From positions 17,856,001 to 17,920,000 of the forward strand of contig NW_024704748.1 in the NCBI RefSeq assembly GCF_018977255.1: 64,000 nt of DNA, in the 5' to 3' direction. A model generated the notes under the pieces. It saw nothing but the letters and a program-made list of their open reading frames with translations, did no database searches and was not told the DNA's origin. Shown here in pieces: positions 25,643-38,345 of the stretch. The stretch's first letter is position 1; every line of letters starts with the position of its first letter. Both the position numbers and the translations under genes were made by a program. The stretch is from Callorhinchus milii (lineage: Eukaryota).

Positions 25643-25755
25643 GTTTCGCCCACAAATATACAGTCAATTCACTTTACAGTTTATTCTGTGAAGCAATTTG
25701 AGACGTCTAGAAGATGTGAAAAGCGCTATATCAAATGCAAGGATTATTATTATTA
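25643..25755 (+). mobile_element. SINE/L2-related 3' tail fragment
   Basis: Nearly identical to the inverted copies at 49268 and 51945; ends AAATGCAAGG(ATT)n. Confidence 0.8.
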
Positions 25756-26259
25756 TCCCCAGGTTGAGAAGATACCTAATTTCACAGGACATCTTGAAAG
25801 TAGATTTCATACGTGAGAATAAAAGTGGAGCTGTGCCTCCAGAGCCTGAGGTTGAACCCCAGTGATTTTGTGATCACAATTACACGGTGCCCGCCCCCAC
25901 ACCACACTCTCCCCCGCTGCTATTCCTGTTCTTGTGACAGTTACCACTGAACTCAACTTCTACACCACAGGTAGCTTTCAGCATGTCTGCAGGAGACATA
26001 GCATGCGTATCCCAAGTATCCATTTTGAATATATCGACCAGAGTAGGCTTCACAATTCATTCTGTTTGACAATGTACATCAGCAAAAACTGTGAGACAGC
26101 AGCAATTTTCTCAAGTTTCCAGATTTCAGCAAGTTATTGACTTAATACACATAGCTGTTAGAACTCTAGCACGGGGTACTCTTTGGTTATTCTAAGAGAA
26201 TATTATCCATTCCATCCATACACAGATATAAAGGGGGCAATTTGTGAATAATGCATGAC

Positions 26260-26522
26260 AATAATAATAATTTATTATGCATTTATTATAGCACCTTATC
26301 ATGTTATTGAGATTTCAAAGCACTTCACAGGATTTTACTTTGAGATGTAGTGACTGTGAATTTGCAGATGAATGTGGCAGCAGATTTGTGCACAGCAATG
26401 TCCCACAACCAGCCATGAAAGTGAATGTCCAATTTTATTTGGGGGATTGTTGACCAGGACACCTGGAGAAGCTTCCCTTCTGAGTGAAAGGCACTATGTC
26501 AAATGAAAGGATTATTGTTATT
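26260..26522 (-). mobile_element. Deu-type SINE 3' half
   Basis: (AAT)n...caaagcacttcacaggattttact...gcacagcaatgtcccaca...gggggattgttgaccaggacac. Confidence 0.75.
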
Positions 26523-27177
26523 TTAAATTCATTTTTAGAAGTTTAGCATTGTCCTCGTTTCAACTTGCTCTTTATTATTTCATTTAGCTATAATGCGATC
26601 TGTGGTAACTGACTCGCTAAGGTAGCAATAGTTTTTTGTGTTTGATCTGAAGATTGTCTGCTTTCATAATGAAAACATCTGTATTCACTTAAAACGTTAA
26701 GTTATGAATATTCAGATAATATAATTTTTAGTAAGTACACAAATAGCGCCAATCAAGGAGTTAGTGTGATGGTACATTTTTTCAAATGAAAGTTTTGCTG
26801 ATATATTGAAGAGTGTTAGGTATGACTACTTAGAATGTATTCCATATAAATTGCAGAATTAACTGTTCACTTCACAAACAATCATTCAATGTAGATTTAG
26901 ATATTTAAGTGACCTGGTAACTATCTATCACTATATTGTCTTTGTATTATATGCAGTTATTGTAGTCTAAAGATATACTTTAGTCCAAAACTTCATACGT
27001 TTGAAGCAGACGAGAAAGAAAACAAAAAGTAATAATCAGAAAACTATTTCTCATTTCATTTTTGTCTTACGAAAACTAAGTGCGGAAGTTTATTAACAGA
27101 TTGCAGTCACTGTTGCTCTGTTAAGATGCCTCTTTTGTTAAATACCTTTCTAAACAATTTTTTCTATCTTCCAATAG

Positions 27178-27279
27178 ACCGACAGCAATGCAAGCTACTT
27201 ACGAGCTGCTCGGGCTGGAAACTTAGAAAAGGCCCTTGACTACATCAAAGCTGGAGTTGACATAAACATTTGCAACCAG
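27178..27279 (+). CDS. ANK3: ANK3 exon 2: [34 protein letters not shown]
   Basis: ccaatag|ACC...CAG|gtttgt; 102 nt; missed by the ORF track. Confidence 0.96.
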
Positions 27280-28752
27280 GTTTGTGGACACTCAGTGGAT
27301 AAATTTAAATGTTGTATAAATTGTGCAATAGATATGGATCTTCAGCAATGCATTGTAAAATCTAGTTATTCTTATGCCTATCACTTTCCTATTTCATGTA
27401 TATTTTAGTTGAAGCAATGTTTTGCAACACCTCAAATGTCGAAACCAAAAAACTTGAAATGTGAGTTTTGAACCAGAGCTTGCAGTTTGTAGGATAACTA
27501 TGGTATTTAAAAGAGAGATAAAGATTAGAAAATTTCACAACATTTGTTGGGGATCCCAATTCGCTGAAACGCAAGATTATCATTTCTATCCTCAGCTCCC
27601 TGTGTAGAAAAAAGACTTCTACTGACCTCCCTGTTTTCTTCTGGTCATAATTCTCAATTTATACCCTCGTGCCAATTTTACGTTGATTGATGGAGATTTT
27701 CTTCATTCATCCCTTTCATTTTGGGAACCTCAATAAGAGCTCCGGGGAAAACAGCCTAACTTGGTTAATTTTGAAGGTTAGATTAGACACAGTTACATAA
27801 TTGTTCATTAATACATGGATTATTTACATACTGCAATGAGATTGGTGGAAGCAATGACCTTTAAATTGTGATGAAAGTCTGTGTTTGTAAAACAGGTGCA
27901 TCAAGACATCAAAGCGGTGACTCACACCCTTAAATGCATTTCAAAGAAAAAACACCTAAAAGGTTCAGATTTATTATGTTGGGTAACTAAAGCTATTTTT
28001 AACTGTAAAGACTATTTTTAATTACGGATTCCAATTGAGCAACTGATGGTAATGAGCGTTCCATTGTGTCTTCTGTTAGAATAGGTGACTGAGGGGTTAT
28101 TATAGCTTGAGCCTCTCCCTGATTCTAACATGAAAGTGCTGCTATGTTCATTATTTCCACATTACAATCTGCACAGACCATTTCCGTATCACACTCTCCT
28201 TGCGTTGAGTTAGCTTTATTGTTCTGGAGATGATTATGGATGTGATGGTCTAAATATTCCCCAGTGTGAAATGGGAGATACTTTTAATGCAGAGAATTAC
28301 AAGCAAGCTGAAAATGTACATTCAATTGATTTCTCAATGTAGACAGTAAATAGTCTGAAATATTACGTAATATACTGTTTATTCAGTGTTTTTGTTTTGC
28401 CAAAGACGACCAGGACTACAATTGGAGTTCTATAACTAGCGCACAGTGAAAGGGCCATCTACTATTCTTGTATGCTTAGAAAATCTTACTAATTAGCACA
28501 AATGGCAAAGTGAGAGCAGCGAGCTGCAAATGAATCCACATCAGCACAAGGAGCAGTTCCTATGACAAGACCATTGCAGCGAGTTTGATCTTCTTCGTCT
28601 GATACAGAGCTCTTTAATCTTATGTTGAATTAACATTTATTAAACTAACTAGTTTTAATCAGTGAATATTTCCAGACTGTCTGAAGGAAACCATGAAAAT
28701 ACTTTCACCATATTGTGTACATAATTCTGAGCTTTCAAAGGGGAACTCGATA

Positions 28753-29028
28753 AACAACAACAACAAGATTACATTTGTATAACGCCTTTCACGTCGGGAA
28801 GACGTCCCAAGGCGCTGGACAGTGTACAGCAATTCAGACCTGAGCTGGGGTCAGGGGGGAGAAGGTGGGGGAGGGGAAGGGGGGTGGCCGATGGCATGGT
28901 CGAAGAGGAGAGTCTTGAGGCGGGACAAAGGAAGCTAAGGTGGGGACGAGGCGGAGTGATTAGGGGATGGAATTCCAGAGGTTGGGGGCAGAGTGGCTGA
29001 AGGCTCTCCTGCCAATGGTGGGGTGGGT
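28753..29028 (-). mobile_element. L2 LINE 3' end, subfamily A
   Basis: (CAA)n-gattacatttgtat..cgcctttcacgtcggga.gacgtcccaaggcgct, colinear with the 3388 and 21857 copies. Confidence 0.9.
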
Positions 29029-29724
29029 AAATGGGACTTAAAAGGATTGCTCTTAAAAGAGCCAGCACAGACCCAGACATTTTCTTAATATCACTTGGCT
29101 CTTCGTCCACCCTTCCTCAGCACTATGGAGTGTTCCTTGTTACCGTAGGCTTCCTCAGTGAAAGCAAAAACTCTCACAGCATCTGTGTATGTGCTGGTGC
29201 TGGCTCATGTACTAGTGTTTAAGATTCAAACCTCCCACTTAATGTGATTTTTACCCTAGTGCATCATTAAATTCCCAAAAATATCACAACGTTAAAAACA
29301 TTTTTCTCATCTTGTTATCTCTCCCTAAGATGGTGAAACGCTTCCTTTGAAGCAATGCAAAACAGAGCGCTAACATGTTTAGAATGTGGAACTTCTTTTT
29401 ATTGCTGCTGAAGTTCCTGATTATGGGATATATGCATAAAATAACGAATATCCCTGTAGATTGCATGATGTTGATCTTATGACCTGACTAATATCAGTCA
29501 CAGAGCCATCCATTGAGATCTTGACAGCACACAATATTGCAAGTCTGTTAGATTATCCACATCACAATTAGTTTTCCTCTTGATGTACTGTATTCGTGTA
29601 TACAAGTGACTATATATCAAGGTAAGCATAGAAGCAAATAAACAATTCTACTTTATCCATCCATGGTATGGAAATAAATGCACGCCAAGGTACAGTACAT
29701 AGGAAAAGGAAGCTTATGTACATC

Positions 29725-30112
29725 AGTTATTTTAGCTTTTCTATTCCTATCTTTTTACTTAGCTTTCAATATATTTCTCTCTTTCAAATTTTAGTTTATT
29801 CTGTTTCAATCTTTTGTTATTTTTTTGTGCCATTGCCAGCCCTGAGGTATCTTCCTCTCAGAGATATATCCTTTTCCTTGACCTTCCAGTCTCTGTTGCC
29901 CTTCTCTTTCTCTCTTGTCCTTATTTTTATTTCCATTTTGATCATTGCTTTTCTTGCATTTATTGGCAGCATTCTCTGTCTGTTTCATTGACTTCTCTTC
30001 CGCTTTCTCTTGCTCTTTTCCCTTTTTTGTTTTTATTCAAAGCTTTTCTCATATTCTTATTCCCTCTCAATATCTCTCTCTTCCCCCTTTTTGGTCCCTG
30101 TCTCTCTATCTC
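29725..30112 (+). repeat. ~390-nt T/C-rich low-complexity tract
   Basis: Strong pyrimidine skew; source of several spurious Phe/Leu/Ser-rich ORFs. Confidence 0.75.
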
Positions 30113-30636
30113 AAATACAGGGCAGCGTTGCACATAGCAGATTCTCCCACTGTTCCCCAATTTTTTTTAAAAAAGAAAGCTTAACTGCCATGAAATTATA
30201 GATAGATTTCCATTAAGGTTAACATGTATAAAAGTAGTGATGAGGCTATCAATATGTTAAACAATAAGAAACACTTTCTCTTCATACATAATCTTCTTAA
30301 AGAAAGTGAACTGCTAGTATGAACCTATCCACTATATCTGATGCTGCAGAATACATTACAGGACAAATACTGTACTATGAATGAAAGAATACATAACTTT
30401 GGTTAAGTCTAGAAATAAAGTATTCTAGTCAGATCTTGTACACACACAATATTTCATCACAGCAGCTAATGCATTCAATTGTACTAAGCAAAACAGGTCA
30501 TATGGGTCAGTAAAATACTTTCCACTCCACCCCCCCCCCCTCCACACCGCACAAAAAAAACACTACAATGAAACTTGGTTCATGAATTAGTTTAAAACAC
30601 TGATGACATTGCCGTGTTTTCAATTATTGTTTACAG

Positions 30637-30735
30637 AATGGGTTGAATGCTCTCCATCTGGCCTCCAAGGAAGGCCATGTAGAGGTTGTTTCCCAACTTA
30701 TCCAACTGGGTGCTGATGTGGATGCAGCAACAAAG
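30637..30735 (+). CDS. ANK3: ANK3 exon 3: [33 protein letters not shown]
   Basis: ttacag|AAT...AAG|gtaaga; 99 nt. Confidence 0.97.
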
Positions 30736-33700
30736 GTAAGACTGTGATTCATTATTTAGCAAATAATTGCATACCTGCCACAAACGGCCAGGGATGGAGC
30801 TTACTTCCAGGCTTGGTGCATTGTTGTTCCAGCCCCCCCACCCCCCACCACGTACAGACAACCTACCATCTCAGTTGTTAACTGCAAATTAAACTTTTTA
30901 TTTCCTTGCATTACCTTAAACATTATCATTAATGGTAAGTACACACTGCTCCTGGCTGTCTCTGATCCTGTTGGTCACCAGCTATAATCAAGACATCAAG
31001 CAAAAATGGCTGGTAATGTCGTACGTGACCAGTATCAAGGTTCAGGAATAAATTCAGAAGTGAGGCCAAGGAATGGGAAAAGCTACGCTTGTTCAATGTT
31101 GACTATTGTTGACAATATCCTGGAGAGCTGGCCTTTGTTGAGTGAATGTCCCAGCAGAGATGCTTTGGGATCTGGCAATGTTGGGTGGTAACCAGTGGAA
31201 GCAGTAAGATACTGCGGTTCTACGTGTTAGTGGGAGTTTTGCAGTCTGTAGTAGTGTAATTACAGCCATTAGATGTTTAAAGTGGACGACAGAGAAGAAA
31301 ATCAGTAACGTAAAGTATCAGGGCAGCATTTGATAGTAGTCGTGCCCATAGAGACATCCATAGAGACTGAGGCTGTTATTCACTTGATAAAAACTAAATT
31401 GGAAGGCTTTTTTTTTAATCCTTTTCTCATGCTATTCTGATGTCCATTTGACGGTTTGAATGTGAACAGTATCACAATAAAAAATGGAAATAATTTTGAA
31501 GACATTCAATGCCTTTCGAATTTGACAGGCCTGTTGCAAATTAACTAAAATATATTTTCTTAGATTTTTTTTAATGTGAATAATAAAATCTGACCTGATG
31601 TGTAGTTTGCAATACAAGGAACACATACTGAGCCTATTAATATGTTTAATATGTAAACATTGAAAACTATGAGCAAATGCAGTATTATATTGCTGGTGAT
31701 TACAGCTTCTTTCTTGGTCACTTGCTTTCTTTGCATTTTAATTCAAACATTGTGCAGTCGTGAAGCAGTGTATCAGAACACCATAGATACTTCATTAAAT
31801 GGTCCTATTTATTGGAAGCAGAAGTCAAGCACATTGGAAATGTGACATAATTTGGCCACGCACACCTAATTATTTTAATATATTTTCCAGGAGAGACATT
31901 GTGTTTTGCGGTTAGGTACAGTATTCTGTTGTATAGTATACTCTCATTGAATCCTAATTGCATTTCATTCACTCGCTGGATGACATTTTCTAGTGATATA
32001 GATGGAGTGCTCCTCACCTGGGCCAGAATGTGGAAGGGAAGCTTGCCAGTCCAGTGCAGCTCTCTGGAAGCAGGATATTTCTCAATTGATTTGGGCTTTG
32101 GCAAAGACAAGTGCACACAAAATTACTCCCACTATGCATCCATTGTGTGTAAGAGACCATGGTGACCCCTATATTAATTTTTGCATCACATAAAAATCTA
32201 CATGAATTATTTAAATATACATCTGGAGCTCCTATTTCTTCAAGGAAACTCACTTGTTAGTCATTTTTACCTGAACATGTAAAAACAGCCACATAAGCAA
32301 TCTTTTAATCAGCATTAGCCTAGCATTCACGTGCTTCACATGCAGAGGATTCTTGTATTGGTATTTTCCAATTTGTGACATCCTCGTAATATTTGAGATG
32401 TGCATGTGTGCCTGTAAACTGCGCGAGCAATTACATGATGTCACTGGATGCAGTAGTTAGCATTCGCTTGAAGTACAGAATTGTGGTAATGGTCTATAAA
32501 AGGCAAAGGGGTTTCCAGGTATCCAATTAAACCAAGCAACCTGAGCTGGAGCAAATCCTCAGTGTTTCCCATTCGGGATTAATGAAAAAAGAACTCTTTC
32601 TTCTATGCAAACAAATTCTATGTTTCCATGAGGAAAATGGGTGCAAAACCCCAAAACAAAGGATTCCAACAGTAGCAGTGTGCTTCTCTCATCTTAGGCC
32701 ATGTTCATCAGCTGCACGTCACATACCTCAGCCCTCACTCCCCCCTCTGCCCTGCCCTCCTCCCCATACAGACGTCTGTCAAAATGTCACAGTCAATTCA
32801 AGGGGATCAGGGTAATGATTTTCTATCTGTAAATGGAAGTTTTCACCTTGTATATCTTGCAGGAAAAGGACCTATAATTTTGGGCTGCTTATCGAAATCC
32901 TTTATGCACCTTTGGCTCATTTTGCTAAGTGCTGCTGAATAATGCAATAGGAACTAATTGAACCATAGCTTCACTGAACACAGATTTGCCACCTCAACAA
33001 CATATATGACTTCAGCTTCTTTTAATGCTAGGCTAATGCTCCTTGGCTCAGAATTAGCTGTCCATGTGCTTTGGAAGAAACATGTGATATAGTTATGATT
33101 TGCATATTGCATTCCATTTTACAGAAGTGAACCCACTTCCTGCTCTGGAACATGAGCTGCAGTAGGAAATGGGTTAAGGATTTTTTGAGAAGTTTAAAGC
33201 AACAATAGACCAAGAGACGAGGTTCCAAAGGCTTTGGAGTATGACTAATCATCTCTGAAAGGAATATAACTTAATTAGTATAAGTGGCTGCAAGATATAC
33301 CTCAATAATACTTAAATGTTTCTGCTCACACCAAACCCATTGCATGTTGTGAGTCAGCCAGCAACACTACTGAAGCAATAAACAACTGCAAAACGCCATC
33401 AGCTACCCTGATCATTTCCTTGAACAGTTCAGTTTCTAGGAACGTCTTGGAACACAGGGCCATTTACTGGATTTTATTTCACTCCCATTCTTTCTGTCCT
33501 GGTGTAACAGTGGTTGCAAATTATTCCTTGGCATTTTGGCCTGCAAGTATTTTCACCAAAGAGGAACGGTAAGAAGCACTGAGATGTTGTTGAGACCCCC
33601 GAATTGCAGAAAGGGAAGATTAAACCAAAATGCTTTGAAATAGATCAGTCGGAACATTAAAACATTAAAATTAACAGAAATGGGAAGATATCCAAAGGTC

Positions 33701-35054
33701 ATAAAGTGACTAGACAAGTTAGGGCTCTTCAATTTTGAAAGGAGATGTCTCACAGGGAACATCTGTTGTTCATCTTCAAGACAGTATGGAAGGAGGTGAA
33801 AAATTGGATCTTTGAAGCCAAGAGTGAACTAACAGTTTAAGTAAACTCAGAACCAATATGCTATCTCCTGTCCATTCTCTTTTTCAGCCCTTGGGCCCCT
33901 TAGGGTTTCATCGTCTTCACTGACTATCCTCTTACTGTTAGAATATTTAAAGTTGTTTTGGCTGTGTGGATTATTAATTGATAGAGCAACAGAAATTGAT
34001 GGGGCAACCTTTGAAAGGTTAACTTACCTAATTCCTGGATAACATACTTTGGCAAGAAGCTGAACTGCTTATTCTGCTTGTTATCATCCAGCTCTATTAG
34101 CACTGCAGGAAGTTGACTAGCCACCCACTAACACGCAACAATAACTCTGTGCCTTTCCTGGCTTAGCATGTGTATAGGAATGTGGGGTCAGCAATCCAAA
34201 TGATTGTTTGAAAATCCAATGGATTGCATCAGTTGTACACTGTACATTTCAAGCTCAATTATGACACTCAACATATTCACAGTCAAGCTCAGAAAGAATA
34301 AGAAAAATTATCACATTGAATCTATTATAAAACTTTCTTCACCCCAAAGGTATCCTTTAAGCAGGTGAGAGGAATCATGTATTTTTCTTGTGTTGGAAGA
34401 AACCTAAGCTATTTTTTACAATGAGTTTCTTGATGAATCTTTAGACAGGTTGAACTTTGACGACTTATTGACTTTGAGCCATGATTGGTAACTGCGGATG
34501 TGCAGCCAGTCAAATTTTGAGGCTTGTCTAAAATGTTGTGTATTCTGAGCCTTGAGAAGTTTCATGTGAATTTATACTGTATGTACTTTTCATCTTACAA
34601 CTGAAATTGATTTTAACATGAAAGTTTAAATCACTCCGTCAATACTCGTTCTTTGATACTTTATAATTGTTCATTTTTAAACTTTATTTTGATACTCCAT
34701 GTCTAAAAATCTAAAATCAGAGCATTACTCAATTTGTAGTTTAGTCACGTAATGGAAATAAAATTAATAACTGTTATTTTTAAAATAAGGCTCTGGTCAA
34801 CAACCTGGTTTGTACCATAGTAGTGTTTACTCCAAGAATCCAGATAACAGGGAAAAGAGATGATGCTTCATTCAGTCTTCCTTCAAGTTTATTATTGGTG
34901 TTCGATTCTAAGGTTCTGAGCTCTGAAATTCCATCGAGACTAAGTCTTGATAAATGCAAACATTAAAAAGAGAGGGAAATATGAAGAGTAATTACAAATA
35001 TTATTTCATTAAATCTTTTTCCTTAATTGATTGCATGTATATTTTTGGTTTTAG

Positions 35055-35153
35055 AAAGGAAATACTGCATTGCACATCGCATCCTTAGCTGGACAAGCAG
35101 AAGTTGTAAAAGTGTTGGTAACAAATGGAGCAAATATCAACGCACAGTCCCAG
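35055..35153 (+). CDS. ANK3: ANK3 exon 4: [33 protein letters not shown]
   Basis: ttttag|AAA...CAG|gtaaga; 99 nt. Confidence 0.97.
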
Positions 35154-36266
35154 GTAAGATTTTAATTTGATCAAAGGTCTTTGTTCGGATAGCTTCTAGA
35201 TATTCAAATTTAAATGCAATGCTGTGCTGAGAAAAGTTACATTTCTAGAAGCATTCCTTATAATGATTAAGGTGAGCAATGCCTTAAGGAATTCTGCAGA
35301 TTTTATGTTTGAAATTGCAATATTCTATAGTTCATCTCTTATTGTGAAGGAGCGAGGGGGTTTACTATTTTTAAACTAGGGCTGCAAATTGCCATCTGTT
35401 TTCTGAGAAAATGTTGTCTTAATGAATTTTTTTTTTTTTGTTTCTGTCGGAGGATGATTTTTTTGTGATGTTATGATATTGAGTGCATTACCACAGTAGA
35501 ATCAACAACAGAGAAATATTTCCTAGAAATAAATCTCTCTTGGTTTGAGCTTATGTGTTCTTTGGCAGAGTCCAGAGCTGGGGTGGCAATTCTTGGCAAT
35601 TGCTCATCGATTGTACATTAGTTGCTCAGACTGTTACTTTGTACCAAAAGCAAAATAAGAATAAGTTGTATTATTGCAGGCAAGCGTTATATGAGTAATT
35701 CAGAGTTAAAAGATAAAATATTTGAATAAAATAAATCTAAATTTGCATGGATTTAAAATATGATGTTCTATGTAGAAATGCTATTTGGATATACTTACCT
35801 TTTCGTTCATTTAAGATGCATAAACTAGCTCATGTTGATGAATACGCCAATTCTAAAATTAATCTTATTTGCAGTTGTACAACAAATAACATTTGTTTTT
35901 TTTAAAGAAATAGAGTAGAAGTATGTCACCCTTGATCTTCAGATGAGTTTGACAGTGTCTTACTAACTGCATTGTTACATGGTCTGAATGCATAATGACA
36001 AGGAACAGCAGTGCAACAGTACTTTAGAGCAATGGATTTTTAAATGAGGCCAAAGGCTTATGATTGAATAATTTACATATATTCACAATCTACATAATAT
36101 AACCTTGTTAACCAATGAAAACCTGTTTTGGATGAAAATAAAGCAATATGAACAGGTGGCAGTGCCATCCATGCTCTGTGCATAGAGATTATATTATCAG
36201 GGTTACAGTTTAGCTTTCACTCAAACACCTTTGAGTCCTTGACTCATAGAATGATGTGATTTCGAC

Positions 36267-36480
36267 AACAACAACAACAACAACAAGATTCCATTTATAA
36301 AGCGCCTTTCACGTCAGGAGGACGTCCCAAGGCGCTGCACAGTTGGGTCATGACCCGAGCAGGGGGGAAATGGTCAGGGGAGGGGAGGGAGCGAGGAGGG
36401 GGGAAATGGTCAGGGTGAGGGGAGGGAAGGGAGGGAGCGAGGAGGGGGAAGAGAGTCGAGAGGGGAGCTGAAGGCTCGGT
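36267..36480 (-). mobile_element. L2 LINE 3' end, subfamily B, with an internal tandem duplication and a 32-bp flanking direct repeat
   Basis: (CAA)n-gattccatttat...; 'ggggggaaatggtcaggg' occurs twice. Flanks 36235-36266 and 36479-36510 match at 30/32. Confidence 0.92.
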
Positions 36481-36929
36481 CCTTGACTCATAGAATGATG
36501 TGCATTCGACCTACATAGTTAGATGAGGTTCTTAATTCAATATCCTTAATTCAACAGTGAATGGTTTCTTATGCAATTTCATCGTTAATTTACTGTAATG
36601 CTGTTGTATTAAAAATATCTTGTACTCATTTGTAATGTTTTAGTCTTCTACATATAATATGTATCTTACTTAAAAGATGGGAACTGGAAGTGCTGCATTT
36701 GAAAAATTATATTTCCAAAAGCTGTGCTACTGCAGGAACTAATATTTCTTGGGAAATGCTTTAAATGGTTTTGTCTTTTTGACTCTGCAAGACTTTCTTT
36801 TTTTTCGAGAGTGAAGAACTGCACATCACTTCATCATGATAACATCACGATGATACATTTTCATATTATTTATATTGATGGGGTTGAACCTTTATTTTTC
36901 TAATCCTGTTAATATTAATGTGAAATGTT

Positions 36930-37056
36930 ACACATACACTTTCCAGCAGGGGTCACTGAATAGTGATCAGGAAAAAGAATCAGGGTTTATTTTTCCCCTC
37001 TCTATCCCAGAGGGATAGAACCCTACTGTGACCTGGCTGAGGTCAGTAACCAACTC
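36930..37056 (-). mobile_element. Fragment of the second SINE family
   Basis: 'ttccagcaggggtcactgaatagtgatcagg...ggctgaggtcagtaaccaactc' is related, inverted, to 1750-1850. Confidence 0.55.
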
Positions 37057-38121
37057 GGGGTAGACTTTGAATTGTAATGGTTGCTTTCCGGTCTGTACAA
37101 TTTAGTGCCACACAAGTTGATTGAAGTCAGGAAAGTACTAGCCGGGTGTTGTTGATTACTCACTGGCAAACTATGCTTGTCCAACCTGCAAAGCATCCAC
37201 TTTGTGCTGAAATAAATTGTTCCAGGATATACATGACTTCCCTCCATAAATTACCAGAGCTGCCTAGCATCCAAGAAGTTATACAAATATATGAAAGATA
37301 ACAACTCCTTAAGGCAAATACAATATTCATTTAAAAACAGTTTTATTCTTCTATAAACTAGACGGTGCACAGGACTGTAAACAGAAAGTACCACTTAGAT
37401 TTGCCCTTCCCCATTAAATGTCTTATATTCATAACGTACTAAAATCTCAATCCTACCTGAACTTTCTGGTATCTTTGTCCCATATACATCTCTCATCTAG
37501 CAGCAGGGAGCCCCACCTTGGTTGGTGCTGTTTCTTGCTGTCCTTCCAACTGTGCCAACTGGTGAAAACTATTTGTGTTCATGAATCCATCAGTTGCAAC
37601 AGCAGAGATCTAAAAACTCTACTTTGATCAAATTTCACCTGAGCTTTTTCATTCATTACTAGTTCATCAAAAGTGAGGTGATGAATAAATGTTGATGAAT
37701 AAATACGAACTGAGCTGCTCAGAAACTTAATGCCTTTACATCTTGAACTGTTCGCTAATTTTAGCCTTGCTGTTGAGGAGCGAATCTGGGTGGATGCCAG
37801 AGGCTTCTCCATAACAGGAGAGGAAATTCAGCGTGAATTCCCCCTGAGCTCGATTCACAGGCCTGGTATATGGTTACAGGGCAGACCTGAATGGAGCTCA
37901 CCTGCTTGCTCTTCCAGGTGCTGCTGTCTAAAGCCTTGGGAAATAAAGAATGCTGTGAAAATGCCAAATAATTTACTTATGAAACAAAGAACTCTTAAAA
38001 GTAGCTGGCTTGAACATTGTATTATGAAGTTAGGATAAAATATTGGGCACTCAGAATATCTATAAACAGCCCCTTAAGTTAAGTTCTCCAATTTGTTCAC
38101 AACAAATCACATAAAAACTTT

Positions 38122-38345
38122 GAACTCAAAGAAACTACACCACAAAAGGAGGCCATTCAGCCCTTTCAATTCTATACTGATGCTAGCTTCCTTGCTGGAT
38201 GTGTCTTTCCTAATCTCAACTCCCTCCTCTTTCCCTCTGAGCTATCATATTGTTTCTATTCAAATCCAAATTTCCCTCTTAAATGTAGTTTTAGTCTTAG
38301 CTTCAATGGTCACTTGTAGCAAAGCAGGCCCCGTCTGAATAACCC
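38122..38345 (-). mobile_element. Degenerate CR1 3' end
   Basis: 'acacc.acaaaaggaggccattcagccc...atccaaatttccctcttaaatg....gcttca' resembles the reverse complement of the 17.3-17.47 kb CR1 end. Confidence 0.55.

Noticed and set aside
392-27177. Dozens of 60-140 aa ORFs in intron 1 (e.g. 15475-15903)
   Set aside because: No recognisable domains, many use non-ATG starts, and they match what is expected by chance or overlap LINE/SINE/low-complexity DNA.
1-27177. Canonical basic ANK3 first exons (MAHAASQLKK..., MSEEPKEK...)
   Set aside because: Not found by eye; they probably lie upstream of the window.
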